Source: Piromyces finnis finn (taxonomy: Eukaryota > Fungi > Neocallimastigomycota). From it: a DNA stretch of 64,000 nucleotides. The notes beneath the pieces were generated by a model. That model was given only the letters and a program-made list of their open reading frames with translations. It ran no database searches and was not told the origin of the DNA. Below, piece after piece: positions 38,174-51,150 of this stretch. Where the stretch lies: the NCBI GenBank assembly GCA_002104945.1, contig MCFH01000066.1:205529-269528 (forward strand), in the 5' to 3' direction. Positions within the stretch are counted from its first letter, which is position 1; each line of letters opens with the position of its first letter. The position numbers and the translations under genes are program-made.

Positions 38174-39526
38174 ATGGAATTTCAAGAATTTCAACGTGTT
38201 TTTTTCACAGATTTAAAAGCAAAAAATAAAGAACTTTTATTAAAAATTGATAGTAAAAAAGAATTAATCAAGGAAAATCTTGATGAAAAGGCAAACCAAG
38301 AAACAATAGAGGGTTTTGTTGAAAGGATAAACGAAATAATTCTTCAATCCAAAAAAAAATTTAGTTTAATTGAAAAAGTGTTAAAAAAGGAAGTTTTCAC
38401 ATCGGTTTATACTGCCTGGAAAAATAGTAAAGTCTTGATTGAGGCTTGTAAAAATGAAAATAATAGTGCTATTCGTTGGCTTTTAACCACCGAAATTAAT
38501 CCTTCTGTTCAGGATAAGGAGGGTAGAACCGCTTTAATGTATTCTGTTAAAAATCCACGTTTACTTAGTGTGGTGAAACTTCTTTGTTTTCGTAGTGGTA
38601 CAAATTTAAATATGGTCGATAAAAATGGTGAAAATGCTTTATTCTACGCTTTGAAAAATAAAGATGCCCTTCGTGAATTACTAAGAAATAATATTAATAT
38701 TAATCAACTTAATCGTCATCAGGAATCTCCTCTTTTATACTGTTGTAAAAATGATATTTTTGAACCTATTAAATATTTAACCAATCGTAGGGATTTAGAT
38801 GTTAATCTTGTAGACAAGGAAGAAAAAACACCTGCCATGTATTTAGCAGAAAAGGCTAAAAATTCAGAATTACGTTTATTAGAAATGCGTCAATGTAATT
38901 ATGATTATGTGAATAGTAAACAGGAATCTGTATTATCCCTGGTCATCAATAAAATGTATAATCCTAGGGAAAGGGGTCCATCGGAATGGTACAGTGACTA
39001 CCTTCATATTATTATTTCATTGGTTCATTTTAATTGTAATTTTAATGTTCCAGTTGATGAACATGGTAATACAGCCATTATGGTTTTTATGCAAATTCCA
39101 GATCTTTACACCCTCCATTATATCTTGAAGAAGTGTGACACCATTGATTTTTCCATCCAAAACAAGTACGGGGAAAGTGCGGCAACTCTTTGTAAAAAAT
39201 ATGTTCATAAATTTGATGCCATTAAAATTTTTAATGAAAATCCTACCCTTGTTTCTTTTGAAAATAAAAAAATAAGATCGGAGGGTTCGGGAATTACTAA
39301 AACTTGCCTTGACACCAAAAAAATGGGATCGGAGGTGTCAGAGGTTGACCTTACCGAAGAAGATACCGAAACGAGTGTAAATCACTATGAATCCTTTAAA
39401 ATGACAAAATCCATGGAAAAAGTTGCCGAAAAAGTATACTATGAATGTGATAAATATTATGATCCAAAAAATGAATTATACAAAACATATCATGTAGATG
39501 AAATGTCATATTGGGCTTTTGTATAA
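38174..39526 (+). CDS. Ankyrin-repeat protein, 450 aa, intronless
   Basis: Ankyrin-like units GRTALMYS, GENALFYA, QESPLLYCC, EKTPAMY and GNTAIMVF, with L..GxdvN/D linkers; long clean ORF. Confidence 0.85.
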   Translation: MEFQEFQRVFFTDLKAKNKELLLKIDSKKELIKENLDEKANQETIEGFVERINEIILQSKKKFSLIEKVLKKEVFTSVYTAWKNSKVLIEACKNENNSAIRWLLTTEINPSVQDKEGRTALMYSVKNPRLLSVVKLLCFRSGTNLNMVDKNGENALFYALKNKDALRELLRNNININQLNRHQESPLLYCCKNDIFEPIKYLTNRRDLDVNLVDKEEKTPAMYLAEKAKNSELRLLEMRQCNYDYVNSKQESVLSLVINKMYNPRERGPSEWYSDYLHIIISLVHFNCNFNVPVDEHGNTAIMVFMQIPDLYTLHYILKKCDTIDFSIQNKYGESAATLCKKYVHKFDAIKIFNENPTLVSFENKKIRSEGSGITKTCLDTKKMGSEVSEVDLTEEDTETSVNHYESFKMTKSMEKVAEKVYYECDKYYDPKNELYKTYHVDEMSYWAFV

Positions 39527-39578
39527 AATAAAAAAAAAGTATAAATATAAAAATATATATATAGTAGGTAGGTAGGAG

Positions 39579-39613
<35 letters not shown>

Positions 39614-41089
39614 AATTGTATAAATTTTGTATAATTAAAACGCCTGCCATAAAATCTATAAATATATTTATTTTATATAACATATAAAGATCATTCATAA
39701 TTATTTTTAATTTTTTTTTTTTTTTATTTCATTTAATCTATTAAAAAAAAAAAAAAACTATGTATATATATAATATATATAAAAAAAAAATTAAAAAAGA
39801 AAAAAATGAAGCGAAAAATAATATCAAATACCAAATAACATACAAATAGGCCATAAACGATAATAACAAAAAAACAAACAATAAATAATAAATAATTAAA
39901 ATAATAAATAATAAATAATAAATAATTAATAATTAATAATAAATAATAAATAATAAATGTATATTTAAAATAAAAAAAACCAATATAATATATTAAAAAT
40001 GAGTTTTTTTTTTTAATTTTCTTTTTAATATTTATTTTAATTATTGAATATTATTTAGTATGATAAATCTAATAACAACCTTTTTTTTTTTAATATTATA
40101 AATTAATCTAAAATTGTTCATTCTTTTCTATTATTATTATTATTATTATTATTAATTCTTTTGTATAATAACAAACCAAACTTTTTTTTTTGAAAGAAAT
40201 GTTCATTTATATTTATATATATAGATTAAAAGTTTTTAAATTGTTCATACCATTTTAAATTGATATTAAATCTTTAATTCCGAAATAAATTTTATTTATA
40301 TATATATATATTTTTTGAGACCATTTTTATGAACAAAAAAAAAAAAAAAAAGTGTTCATACTTTTATCAAAATAAAAAAGTATTTAAAGAATAATTTTTT
40401 TCCATCTTTATTCAAAGTATATCAAAAAGAAAAAAGTATAATAAGTATAATAAAAAAAATAAAAACATTAAAAAGAATTGCAATAATATAGAAAAATGGT
40501 TTTCAATAAATAAAAGAAATCCTTTTTTTTTTTTACTATGGAAAAAAATTTTTGAAAAAAAGGTTTTATCTGGATCTACTGGATATGGTTCTTAATTGCC
40601 GCCGCTGCTACTGATGTATGGAAGGAAGAAGTAAAGTTCTTTATTAACTAATTCGAATCTATTGGATATGATTCTTGATTCCACCGCTATTGCTGACTGC
40701 TAATGTTGTAAGGAAGGAAGAGGGAAAAGTCTTTATTTGCCTCATGGAAAGTTATTTACTTGATGTCTTTATATAAAATCAAAAAGAGAAAAAAATAAGA
40801 AGAAAAATAAGAAGAAGAAAAAAAAAACGAAAATTAATAAATACTTTTGAGTATCCCATCCTTTTTGGTTTATTTAAAATATAAATGAATATAAGAAATA
40901 ATAATAATTTTTTTTGAAATTTATTATTGCAAAAATAATTATTATTATTTTTTTAGACAGTAACAGCACTAATAATAATTTTTTTTAAATCTGTCTAGTT
41001 TATTCAAAAAAAATAGTTTTAAAGAAGTTATTTAAAAATATAAAAATTAGAATGGAAATTTTGATAGATATACTACTATAAAATAAGTT

Positions 41090-41362
41090 ATGCGTTAAGG
41101 TAATAACCTTAATGCATGGATTAAGGCTCGTTTTAGGAAATTCCTTTTACGGCGATAATTAATTGCTTTGGCCATCCATTTAAAGTGGAACGAAAATGAT
41201 AAAAAGAAAACTTTTTACCTTCGTTTTGGCCATCTACATCCACCCAACCAAAGTGGGATGGATTATCATATAATTTATGAATTTTTAACGACCGATAAAG
41301 CAATAAAAAAGGTACCTCTTTATCGTTCGTTTCGTCCCTACGAAAGGGACGAATCATCACTC
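41090..41362. other. Relatively GC-rich, hairpin-dense non-coding island (candidate structured RNA or mobile-element end)
   Basis: Stems seen: TGCGTTAAGGT/ACCTTAATGCA (41091-41116), ATCCACCCA/TGGGATGGAT (~41238-41263), TCATA/TATGA, AACGACCGATAAAG/CTTTATCGTTCGTT (41287-41331) and TTCGTCCCT/AGGGACGAA (41331-41353). Function is unknown. Confidence 0.45.
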
Positions 41363-42042
41363 CATTTTTAAATTATATTAGTATATACAATATATCTAAA
41401 GTTTCTATTCATGTATTTTTTAAAAAAATAAATAATAACTTTTAAATTATTAAATAAAATATTTTGAATAAAATCAAAAAAAAATCAAATTTTAATAATG
41501 TTGTGCATTTTTTTATACTTATTTTATTATATTTATCGATGTTTTTCAACTTTTTCAAATATATACAATTATTAAATTTTAAATTCAAATTCATTTAAAT
41601 TTGAAGTTTTTTTTTTCATTAATGGAAATACTTCTTTTCTAATAAATTCAGGATGATTATTAGTTTGAAAAAGGTTCATAAAAAAGAAACTTTATTAAAT
41701 TTTTTTTTATAATTATTGTGTATGATTAATTAATAATAAACACGACAAGTTTTAAATAGTCTAATAAAACTAAGATCGGATAATGGATATTTCAATTTTG
41801 ATAATACAAGCAAGTTTATGATGGATGTTATTTTATCATCATTATCATATATACACAAGGTCTTATTTTAATATTAGAAGAAGAAGTTGATTTATTTCCT
41901 TTTAATAAGGAAAAAAAAGTTTATTACTATTCAATGTATTTTTTTTTTACTATTGAATAAAGTATTTTAAATGTTTAAGCTTGTGTGCATATTGTCTATT
42001 TAATTTTTCTATTCTTTTAAAATTAGAAATGAATTCAGAGGA

Positions 42043-42640
42043 TTAATCATCACCATCATCTGTTTCAGTGAGTTCTATTAATTGATGATCACTTTCATCA
42101 TCTGTTTCAGTGAGTTCTATTAATTGATGATCACTTTCATCATCTGTTTCAGTGAGTTCTATTAATTGATGATCATTTTCATCTGGTTCAGAGATATTTT
42201 CAATAGACTCTTTATAATCAAACATTTCCATATAATCAAGTGTTTCAGATAATATTCGTTTCCTTGTATTTTTCTTTTTTTGATTTTTATTGCTAATCTT
42301 ATATGTTGATGATAATGATATATATAAATTATCTGCGTTTGTTAATTTGGCTAATGGATCATCATCAATATCTATATTTAAATTTGTTAAATGTCTAGGT
42401 TTTTCAGTTTCTTCTGGGGTTTCGACTATTTGATTAGAAGAAAGAAAGAAATAGATTTTTTTAAATTCTCAAGATTTTTAATTTCTTTTTGGAATCTCAA
42501 TTAATTGAATATGATTAAGGAATAAGTATTGTAAATTTGTAAGATTTCCAATATTCTTTCGGTAATATTACAAAATGATTATTTAAAAATGATAAACACA
42601 CTAAATTTCCTATTTCTTTTGGTAATTTTAAAATATTTAA
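42043..42640 (-). pseudogene. Frameshifted, uninterrupted LRR gene remnant with an acidic repeat tail
   Basis: Reads KLPKEIGNLVCLSFLNNHFVILPKE/IGNLTNLQYLFLNHIQLIEIPK/EIKNLENL and LSSNQIVETPEETEK across frameshifts, then runs open into ORF 42043-42231. These LRRs are not split into 72-nt exons. Confidence 0.6.
42054..42179. repeat. 3 x 42-bp tandem repeat (encodes DDESDHQLIELTET on the minus strand)
   Basis: Unit CATCATCTGTTTCAGTGAGTTCTATTAATTGATGATCACTTT at 42054, 42096 and 42138. Confidence 0.92.
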
Positions 42641-43969
42641 ATTTATTTATCCATTAATTTAAATATTTATCCAAATTTCTTTTTTTAATTATGATATTTT
42701 AAAATTAATTATTATTTAATTATTCCATAAAATTTATATAATAAATTTTTATAAATAATTTTTCCTTAAATTCAATAATTTTTTAGTGAAGTATTTAAAG
42801 ATTTGTATTTCATTATATCTTTACATAACCTCTGAAATCTTTGTTGGAACCTCCTAATTTCGAAATGACATTAGGGAGGGATACTTTATCTTTCTCTCTG
42901 AATAATGGCATATCTGTCACGAGAGAAAATATTGTGTAATCAAAAAAAAAAAAGTAACAAAATCAAATATTATGACTTATAATTATAAAGTATTTTATTA
43001 TAAAATAAAATCTATTTTCATAAAAGACTTCTTACTTTGTGAAATAAATATATTAAAAAAATAAATAAATATATAGACAATCAATTAGGCTACTAATATA
43101 TATATATATTAAATATTATAGTTATATAATGAGATATAATGTAAAAATAAAGTGTGACTTGATCATATTATTAGTCCATTTAATTTATATAGTAATATAA
43201 AATGTTAATAAAATACAAATTAAGTATAATATTAAATAATAAGAATTAAATAAGAAATGATTCATACCTCTTATTAATTTCATATGGCATATTTCTATAA
43301 TATCATGTGTGTTAAAAGTCCTATGTTATTATAATAAGAGAAATAATATAAATACTAGAAAAATAAATCGATTAAACAGAGAACTTAGTATTTCATAAAA
43401 TACCAACTAATTAAAATAGTAAAGTTTACTAAAAAAAAAAGTCAGTTTAAAACACTCTTAAAAACGTTTATAAATACATTTTTATAACAGAATACTCTTA
43501 TTAGTAGTTTTGTTACTCCTATTAAAATGTAAGGGAATGTAATGTAAATGAAAGACAAATGTAATAATATTGTAATAATATGCAATGTAAAAAATAATGT
43601 AAATGTATTTATGTTGCCAATGATAACACTGAAATTAAATGTATTATACATTATCATTTAATACATTATTTATTACATTTTCTATTCTTAAAATAGTAAA
43701 TTTTTATTGGAATAACGTAAATATCCATAATTACAATTACTGGAATTATTATGGAATAATTGAAAATTTTATACCAGTTAAAAATAATAGTATTTTTTAT
43801 TTTTCTTTTTGTTTCTATTATTTACTTTAAAATAATTATGGTGACGGTGGCAAAGTGATTCATTCTTTATATACTTTTATTTTTGTTAAAAACAAAAAAC
43901 AAAAAACAAAATAAAATTATAATTAATAGTATTTTATGATCTAATTCTTTTTTTAACTATTTTAATAAA

Positions 43970-46900
43970 ATGGTTGATTTAGAAAAAAAGAGGAATGAAA
44001 TAGAAATAATAATATCAAAATGTAGACATAATGAATTGGACTATATTAACGAATTCGAAAATTTTAGTATAAACAATGATTTAAAGTTAAGTGAATTGAA
44101 TAATAAAAATTTTGATGTTTTAATAAAAGTTATTGATTCAATCAAAGAGTATAAAGTTGAAAATAATTTATATTATTTCAAATTAATTGATTATATTATT
44201 CAAGAATGTAAATATCAAACATTAAATTATACAAATTGGAATAATAATGTGGCTGAAGTTCCTCTTTTTCTAGCTATTTATAAAGGATTTTTTAAAATAG
44301 CCAATTTATTAATAGAAAGAGGTGCTAATATTAATTATTTAATTGAACAGCCGCAACAACAAGAAACAGTTAATATTATTCAATATATTAAAAAAAAAAA
44401 AGATAGATATAGATATGAAAATACTGTAAGTAATATAATAATACGAGAACTAGGACAGGATACCATTAATAACAAAACATTTAATTATATTTTTAGTGTA
44501 GGTTTCAACATCGAAAGAAATATAGAAAATCTAATATCAGATTTACTTACAACATATAACTATGATAAATTAGAAAATTTATTTAAAAATTATGTTTTTG
44601 ATAATAAATTTATTCTTTATCTTCTTTCTTCTTATAAAAATAATTTAAAAATTTCAAAACAAAATTTTGAAAAAATAATTGAAAAAGAAAGAACAAAACT
44701 AAAAATTGATGGTTCAATTTATAATATTGCAGCTCATTGTTACAATAGTTTTCCTGTTGGAATATTATTAGATTATGATGGAGATAACTCTAATATAATT
44801 TTTGATAAAATGGTTAATAACAATATACTGGAAATAGCTACAATAAATAATAATAAAAATGTAATAAATAAAATATTAGATTTAGATACTTTCAATATTC
44901 GAAAAATAGATTACGAATATTTTTTTAAAAAGTCGTGTTATAAAAGAAGGTTTGACTTTACAAATTCTATTAATTATGTATATCAAGCTATTCAATGTAA
45001 ACTCAAACCCTCCTTTAGCTTTATTTTTATTATGAATAATGTAATAGTATATGCAAGTAAAGCTTATAAATACAATTATATCAATAGAAATACTGTAAGA
45101 TTATATATAGATATATTGTATCATAGAATTTTAGATATCCTAACGTCTACTGTGGATGGCTGCATGAATAAAAACTTTTATTCCAAAGTTTTGTTAAACA
45201 TGCTTAATTTATCCATTAAAATAAATGATTTAAAATATGTTAAGAATATTGTTGAAAATAGGATAATGAAACCGTATCTTGATATGTACGATAAGGATGA
45301 CAATGAAGAATATCCATTATTTACAGCCTATACTAATTATATAGAAAGGAATGAACCGCCTCATGAAAGGATTAATATAAATACAGAAATCATAAAGTAC
45401 TTATTGGAACATGGTGATTCCCAATCAAAAGAAAAAAAATATATTGATAAAGCAATATTCTTCATGGCTCTTGAAGATAAAGAATGTATTATTATGCAAT
45501 ATATCTTAAAATCAAAAGAGTTTCCAAATAACATAAATTTCGATTTCAATGATATTTATAAAGGATTTCAACCACTTAAAGTTATACCACCATCAATAAT
45601 CGATGAATTAATATATTTGGCAGATATTCCTCAAGAGGTTGCAATGAACGATGATATTTTTTCTAATCCTATATTTATATCCATATTGCATAATTATGTA
45701 AAAGATCATATTGTAAACGATGATGATATGGAGTTATATACCAATCTTTTAAAAGCCGTCTATGATGATGATGTTAACCAAGTAGAAAAAATCGTAAAAA
45801 ATTTAAGCTATCCAAAAAATAATATTAATGTATTAGATAGAATTGTTAATAGTTTTACACCTTTAACTTTTTCCTATCTTTTTAATAGATTAAATTGTTT
45901 TGAAGTTTTATTACAATATTGTGATATTAGTAATCTTGATGGTAATCATCATTTGCTTTTACATTATGCTATTTTAAAAAAAGATATAAAAATGATTGAA
46001 CGTTTACTTTGCAAAAACATTCATTTATATCCTGAGCAATACAAAAGTGTTATTGCGTTATCAATAGAAATTGGATATAAAGACATTCTTTTTATATTAT
46101 TAGATTATCATAAACCAAACATTGAATTAAATGAATTTCAGTTTATGGCTATTTTAAGTTCACAATTAACACTTCCTGAAAAGAAAGAAATCATAACATA
46201 TCTTCTTCAAAAAGGAGCAAATATTAACTATATGGAAAATAATGGAGGTTCTATTATTTCTCCATTAAGATGTGCGGTTGAATTAAGTAACAAAAATCAA
46301 GATATTTCCTTAATAAAATATTTAATTGAAAATGGGGCTGTTATCGAGGAATCCTTTGAAAGTAAAGAAGATTTATTATTTGGTGCTGTTTATGAACAAA
46401 ACCTTCCATTAATCAGTTATTTAGTGGAGCTTGGTGTTAATATTAATTATATTGAAGAAGAACGATGTGCACTCTCAGTAGCTATTGAAATGTCATCTGT
46501 ACCTATAACGAAACTTTTAATAGAACATAATGCAAATGTTCATCAAATTATCACCGATAATATGGGTAAAAAAAAGTCTTTGTTAATGTATGCCATTGAA
46601 ATGGGTGAAGAAAATATCATCAAATTATTGATGCAATACCATGCTCGTATTGAATATTATGATAAATCAGATAGCTATAAACTAATTAAAGCAATTAAAA
46701 ATGAATCATTTAACCTTTTGGATTATATAAGACAACAAGAATTTAATTTTGAAACACCAAGGCTAATTAAAAATATCATATCGGATGGAAGATTAGATCT
46801 AATTCATGATTTAGTAGAATATAAACTTTTAGATATTAATATTAAGGATGATCAGGGTGAAACACCAATATTCTATGCAATTAAATATAGTGAAGAACGT

Positions 46901-47053
46901 ATTCTTAATTATTTAATACAATGTGGTGCAGACCTTTCTATTAAAAATAAAAATGGTGAAACCATAGAAACAGTCTATCGATGGTATAATGATGCCTTTT
47001 TTCATCATTCTAAATTACATCATGGTTTTAAACAATTTAAAATCGAGAAATAA
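43970..47053 (+). CDS. Large ankyrin-repeat protein, 1027 aa, intronless
   Basis: VPLFLAIYKGFFKIANLLIERGANIN, YPLFTAY, LLLHYAI, SPLRCAV, GETPIFYAIKY..LIQCGADLSIKNKNGET; a single 3 kb ORF. Confidence 0.9.
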   Translation: MVDLEKKRNEIEIIISKCRHNELDYINEFENFSINNDLKLSELNNKNFDVLIKVIDSIKEYKVENNLYYFKLIDYIIQECKYQTLNYTNWNNNVAEVPLFLAIYKGFFKIANLLIERGANINYLIEQPQQQETVNIIQYIKKKKDRYRYENTVSNIIIRELGQDTINNKTFNYIFSVGFNIERNIENLISDLLTTYNYDKLENLFKNYVFDNKFILYLLSSYKNNLKISKQNFEKIIEKERTKLKIDGSIYNIAAHCYNSFPVGILLDYDGDNSNIIFDKMVNNNILEIATINNNKNVINKILDLDTFNIRKIDYEYFFKKSCYKRRFDFTNSINYVYQAIQCKLKPSFSFIFIMNNVIVYASKAYKYNYINRNTVRLYIDILYHRILDILTSTVDGCMNKNFYSKVLLNMLNLSIKINDLKYVKNIVENRIMKPYLDMYDKDDNEEYPLFTAYTNYIERNEPPHERININTEIIKYLLEHGDSQSKEKKYIDKAIFFMALEDKECIIMQYILKSKEFPNNINFDFNDIYKGFQPLKVIPPSIIDELIYLADIPQEVAMNDDIFSNPIFISILHNYVKDHIVNDDDMELYTNLLKAVYDDDVNQVEKIVKNLSYPKNNINVLDRIVNSFTPLTFSYLFNRLNCFEVLLQYCDISNLDGNHHLLLHYAILKKDIKMIERLLCKNIHLYPEQYKSVIALSIEIGYKDILFILLDYHKPNIELNEFQFMAILSSQLTLPEKKEIITYLLQKGANINYMENNGGSIISPLRCAVELSNKNQDISLIKYLIENGAVIEESFESKEDLLFGAVYEQNLPLISYLVELGVNINYIEEERCALSVAIEMSSVPITKLLIEHNANVHQIITDNMGKKKSLLMYAIEMGEENIIKLLMQYHARIEYYDKSDSYKLIKAIKNESFNLLDYIRQQEFNFETPRLIKNIISDGRLDLIHDLVEYKLLDINIKDDQGETPIFYAIKYSEERILNYLIQCGADLSIKNKNGETIETVYRWYNDAFFHHSKLHHGFKQFKIEK

Positions 47054-48058
47054 ATCAATAGAAAGAGGAAGGAGGGGGAAATTATATATATATATCATAT
47101 GTATTGATAGATATTCTTTTTATATGTATATATAATATATATGTATGTATTGTATGTATGTATATTTTTTTTTCTCTCTCTCTCCTTTATATATATAGTT
47201 ACATAAAGTTTATTAATATTTTTTTTTCAATAATATAATTTTTTAAGCAACATTTCAAAACCCCTCTATTTAAGTTTATAATTTTATTAAACTATATAAA
47301 AATTTTTACACGAGTAAATTGTAAAATTTTATATATATATATTTTTTATTTTTTATTATTATAATAATATCATAGTATTACATAGTATAGTATTACTAGT
47401 AGTATGGATTAACAATATTGATGGATTAATAATTATACATAGTTTAATCCTTAGTTCAAAACATAATAAAATGAATGTATATAAATACAATTCATGATTC
47501 AATTTTAACAAGACTTCCTAAGGAATGAATGTAGAATGTAAATCTTTACATTAAAAATTATATATTATTATTATTGTTGTTAAATGATAATACTATTTTT
47601 TTTTTTTTTAACTTTGAATTTTTATTAAATAATCAAAGTTGGTAACTTTATAATTTTTCCTATAATACTATTTTAATAAAATAAAATAAAATAAAATAAA
47701 AAAAAAAAAAAAGGAATATAAATAACAATTTAATTTTTATGAATTTAAAAACTGTTATAAAATTAATGTTAAAAAAAAAAAAAAAGAAGAAATATCATTA
47801 TGAATTATTTTTTTTTTTTATTTCTATTAATATGTATAAAAAAAAATAAAGATGTAGTAATAAATAAAAAGAAGTTTGTTCCCTTTTTATCTAATCTAAT
47901 ATAATATATTTTTATTCTCTTAAAATATAATAATAAGATTACTTAAACAAATTTTAATTTAAAAAATCTTAATAATTTAGTAATAATACTATTAACTTTA
48001 TATTTAAAATGGCTTAATAAGTTAGTTTAAAAGTACCTTTACAATAATTAATAAACAT

Positions 48059-49216
48059 ATGAATATATTTATTTTTCTGATTGATTTCATTATTATAATA
48101 AAATGTATTTTGGCACAGAATGATAATAATGAAGAATGTATTGTTGTCAATGAATTATTAAAAGATTGTTCACTGAATGATTGTTGTCAGGACAAAAGAA
48201 TAATTTGCTCTAATAACCATATTATTAATATGTAATTAATATGTAATGATTTATAAATAGAATTCTTATCATCAAGTTATAATTTTATTAGAAAAAAAAA
48301 AAAAAAAAAAAAAGAATATTGGAATCTTTCAAATATTAAAATTATTTTAGTATAACTATAGCATTTTTTGTCATAATATAATATAAAAATTGTAAAAGTA
48401 TTATTTATACATAAAAACTTTCTATTATAATACTTGTTGGCATTATATTAATATAATAATTATATATATTGCTTTCATTTACTATAATTTTAAAAATAAA
48501 ATATTAGTTTTTTTTATATTCTAAAAAACCAGAAAACTATTATTAAATTCTCCTCTTAACCATATTTTTTCATTATTAATATCATATTTAAAAAGATATT
48601 CGACTGATTATTACTTGATACCACCAGAAATTGAAAAAATAGCTCATCTAAAATCATTGTAATTATAATAAATATTTTACTGAATTATAATAAATAAATA
48701 ATCATATAATATTGATAGTCATTTTAATATGAATTGAAATAGATCCCTGTATAAGAATTACTCACCTATTTCCATACCACCTGAACTTGGAAATTTAACT
48801 AATCTTGAATATATGTAATTATAATATTATAATTACATATATTTTTATTGTATATGTGTTAAAATATAATAAATAGCTAAAAATATTATTTTATAATTTA
48901 TAAATTTATATATATTTAACTGTTTTAAAACAGATGTCTTTATGGAAAATATTTAACTGGCTCTCTACCACCTGAACTTGGAAATTTATCTAATTTGGAA
49001 GATTTGTAAATATTTATTTAATTATATATTATAAAATATATATTATTTTTATTTTATTAACAAAGTAATTTATTTTAATTTATAAAAAAAGGATTATATC
49101 TGGAGGTCAATTGACAGATTCAATTCCTTCTTCATTTGGTTATTTGTCAAAATTAAAAAAATTGTAGGTTAACTTAAATAATGTATCAAATAATAATGAA
49201 ATAAATAAGATTATTA

Positions 49217-49249
<33 letters not shown>

Positions 49250-50504
49250 CATAAAAGAATTTTATCTAGTAATTATTTAAGTGGTAATATTCCATCAGAA
49301 CTTGGAAATTTATTAAATCTAGAAAGCTTGTAATTAAAATTTTATATATAGAATAGCATATTTATTTTATATATTACTGAATATTCATATTTTTATTTTA
49401 ATATGAAATAGAAATTTAGCCGATAATAATCTATCTGGTCCTATACCACTTGAACTTGGAAATTTAAAGCAATTAAAAATTTTGTAAATGAACATTTTAT
49501 TTTATATTATTAATATTTATTATTATATTTTTTATTAATAATTTTAATTTTAATTTGAAATAGAGATTTATCCTATAATAATATAAGTGGTATTATATTG
49601 CCGGAACTTGAGAATTTATCAAAATTAAAAGCTTTGTAACTTTTATTATATTAATATATTTATTATAGCATTATTAATTTCTAACCATTAATTAATTAAT
49701 TAATTAATTAATTATTATTATTATTGTTATTATTATTACATTTGAAATTTGACAGAGATTTATCTAAAAACAATTTAATAGGTTCTATTCCTCCTGAACT
49801 TGGGAATTTATCAAATTTAGAAAAATTGTAATTAAATTTATTAACATAAATATAAAAAGATAAATAAAATAAAACTGCAATAATAATTAAAAAATAATAT
49901 TTTATTTTTTAAACTAAAATGAAATCAGAGATTTATCCAATAATAATTTAACTGGTCCTATTCCACCTGAACTTGGAAAACTAACAAAATTAAAAACCTT
50001 GTAATATATCTTTATTAATTTATCAATAAAAAATACTTTGTCATTAGTATATCTATGATTAATTATTTTTTTTCCTATTTAAACAGAATATTATCAAATA
50101 ATAATTTAAGTGGTTCAATTCCAAAAGAAGTCAAGAAATTAAATATAAAACTGTAATACATTTATTTTCTTTATATAAATTTATTAGAGATATACTTTAT
50201 ATATATAATTTAATAAATACTCATACTCATATTTTTAAATATATTATTAAGGCATACCTCTAATAATCCTTTATTAAAAACAAAAAGTGGTATTAACAAG
50301 ACAGTTTTAATAATCATTTTAATCACGATCGGAATTTCAATTATTATTTCAGTTTTAGTACTTACATATATAAGGGCTAAGAATAGGATCAAAAATGGAA
50401 ATCGAAGAGGAAATAATATGTTAAGTTATTCAACAACAACTTCAACTTCAGTTTCACAACAAAACACCACTCTATGTAGTAAATCAACGAATGATGGCAA
50501 TTGA
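48059..50504 (+). CDS. LRR receptor-like protein 1 (signal peptide, Cys cap, 10 LRR exons, TM, short Ser/Thr-rich tail); 12 exons, ~376 aa
   Basis: Exons 48059-48231, 48596-48658, 48743-48814, 48934-49005, 49092-49163, 49258-49329, 49412-49483, 49564-49635, 49756-49827, 49929-50000, 50087-50152, 50252-50504. All introns are GT-AG phase 2 and the frame is open. Repeat consensus xLSxNNLxGxIPPELGNLxxLxxL. TM segment VLIIILITIGISIIISVLVLTYI. No kinase domain. Confidence 0.88.
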
Positions 50505-50974
50505 AATTATTCTATTTTTTTTTTTTTTTATTTTACTTTTAATAATAATTATAATACAAAATATTTTCTTTTTCTTTTTTTTTTTTTTTTTTTTGTAATA
50601 AATATATAATATATCAATATCAGTATCAACAACAAAATTTTCAAACTCTGTTTTTGTATTGATTATTTTTATTTAAATCTTACTAAAATGTGTTGTATCG
50701 ACATAAGATTACAATATAGCATTTAAACCAATATCATTCTTGAAAATATATAAAAAATATTTATATATATTTTTATTTTTATATTTATTTTTCCACTTTT
50801 ATATAAATTTTAAATAATAAAATAAAAATAAAATATTGAATGTATAATATAACAAAAAATAAAAAAATATATATATAAAATTTATTTTAAATATTAAAAA
50901 AAAATATATATATTATTAATCCATTTTACCTTTTTTCAAAGGGTAAATTTTAAAAGTTAAAATAGTTTGAGTTT

Positions 50975-51150
50975 ATGAACATTTTTATTTTACTAAACAT
51001 TATTATTATTATTATAATAGTAAAATGTAATTTTGCGCAAAGTAATGCTAATAAAGAATGTATCACAATAAATAAATTATTAATGAAAGATCAATTATTG
51101 TATTGAGGATGGTGTTGAGTGTTCAAATGAAGGTCCTATTACTTTACTTT
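50975..51150 (+). pseudogene. Orphan degenerate first exon of the LRR-RLP family
   Basis: MNIFILLNIIIIIIIVKCNFAQSNANKECITINKLLMKDQ, then a deletion/frameshift, then CIEDGVECSNEGPI. No donor site and no LRR exons follow. Confidence 0.7.

Noticed and set aside
41280-41362. Firm call of an active hammerhead ribozyme or a box C/D snoRNA
   Set aside because: The catalytic core deviates (GUGAUGA, 3-nt insert, displaced stem I) and there is no CUGA box D. Kept only as a low-confidence finding.
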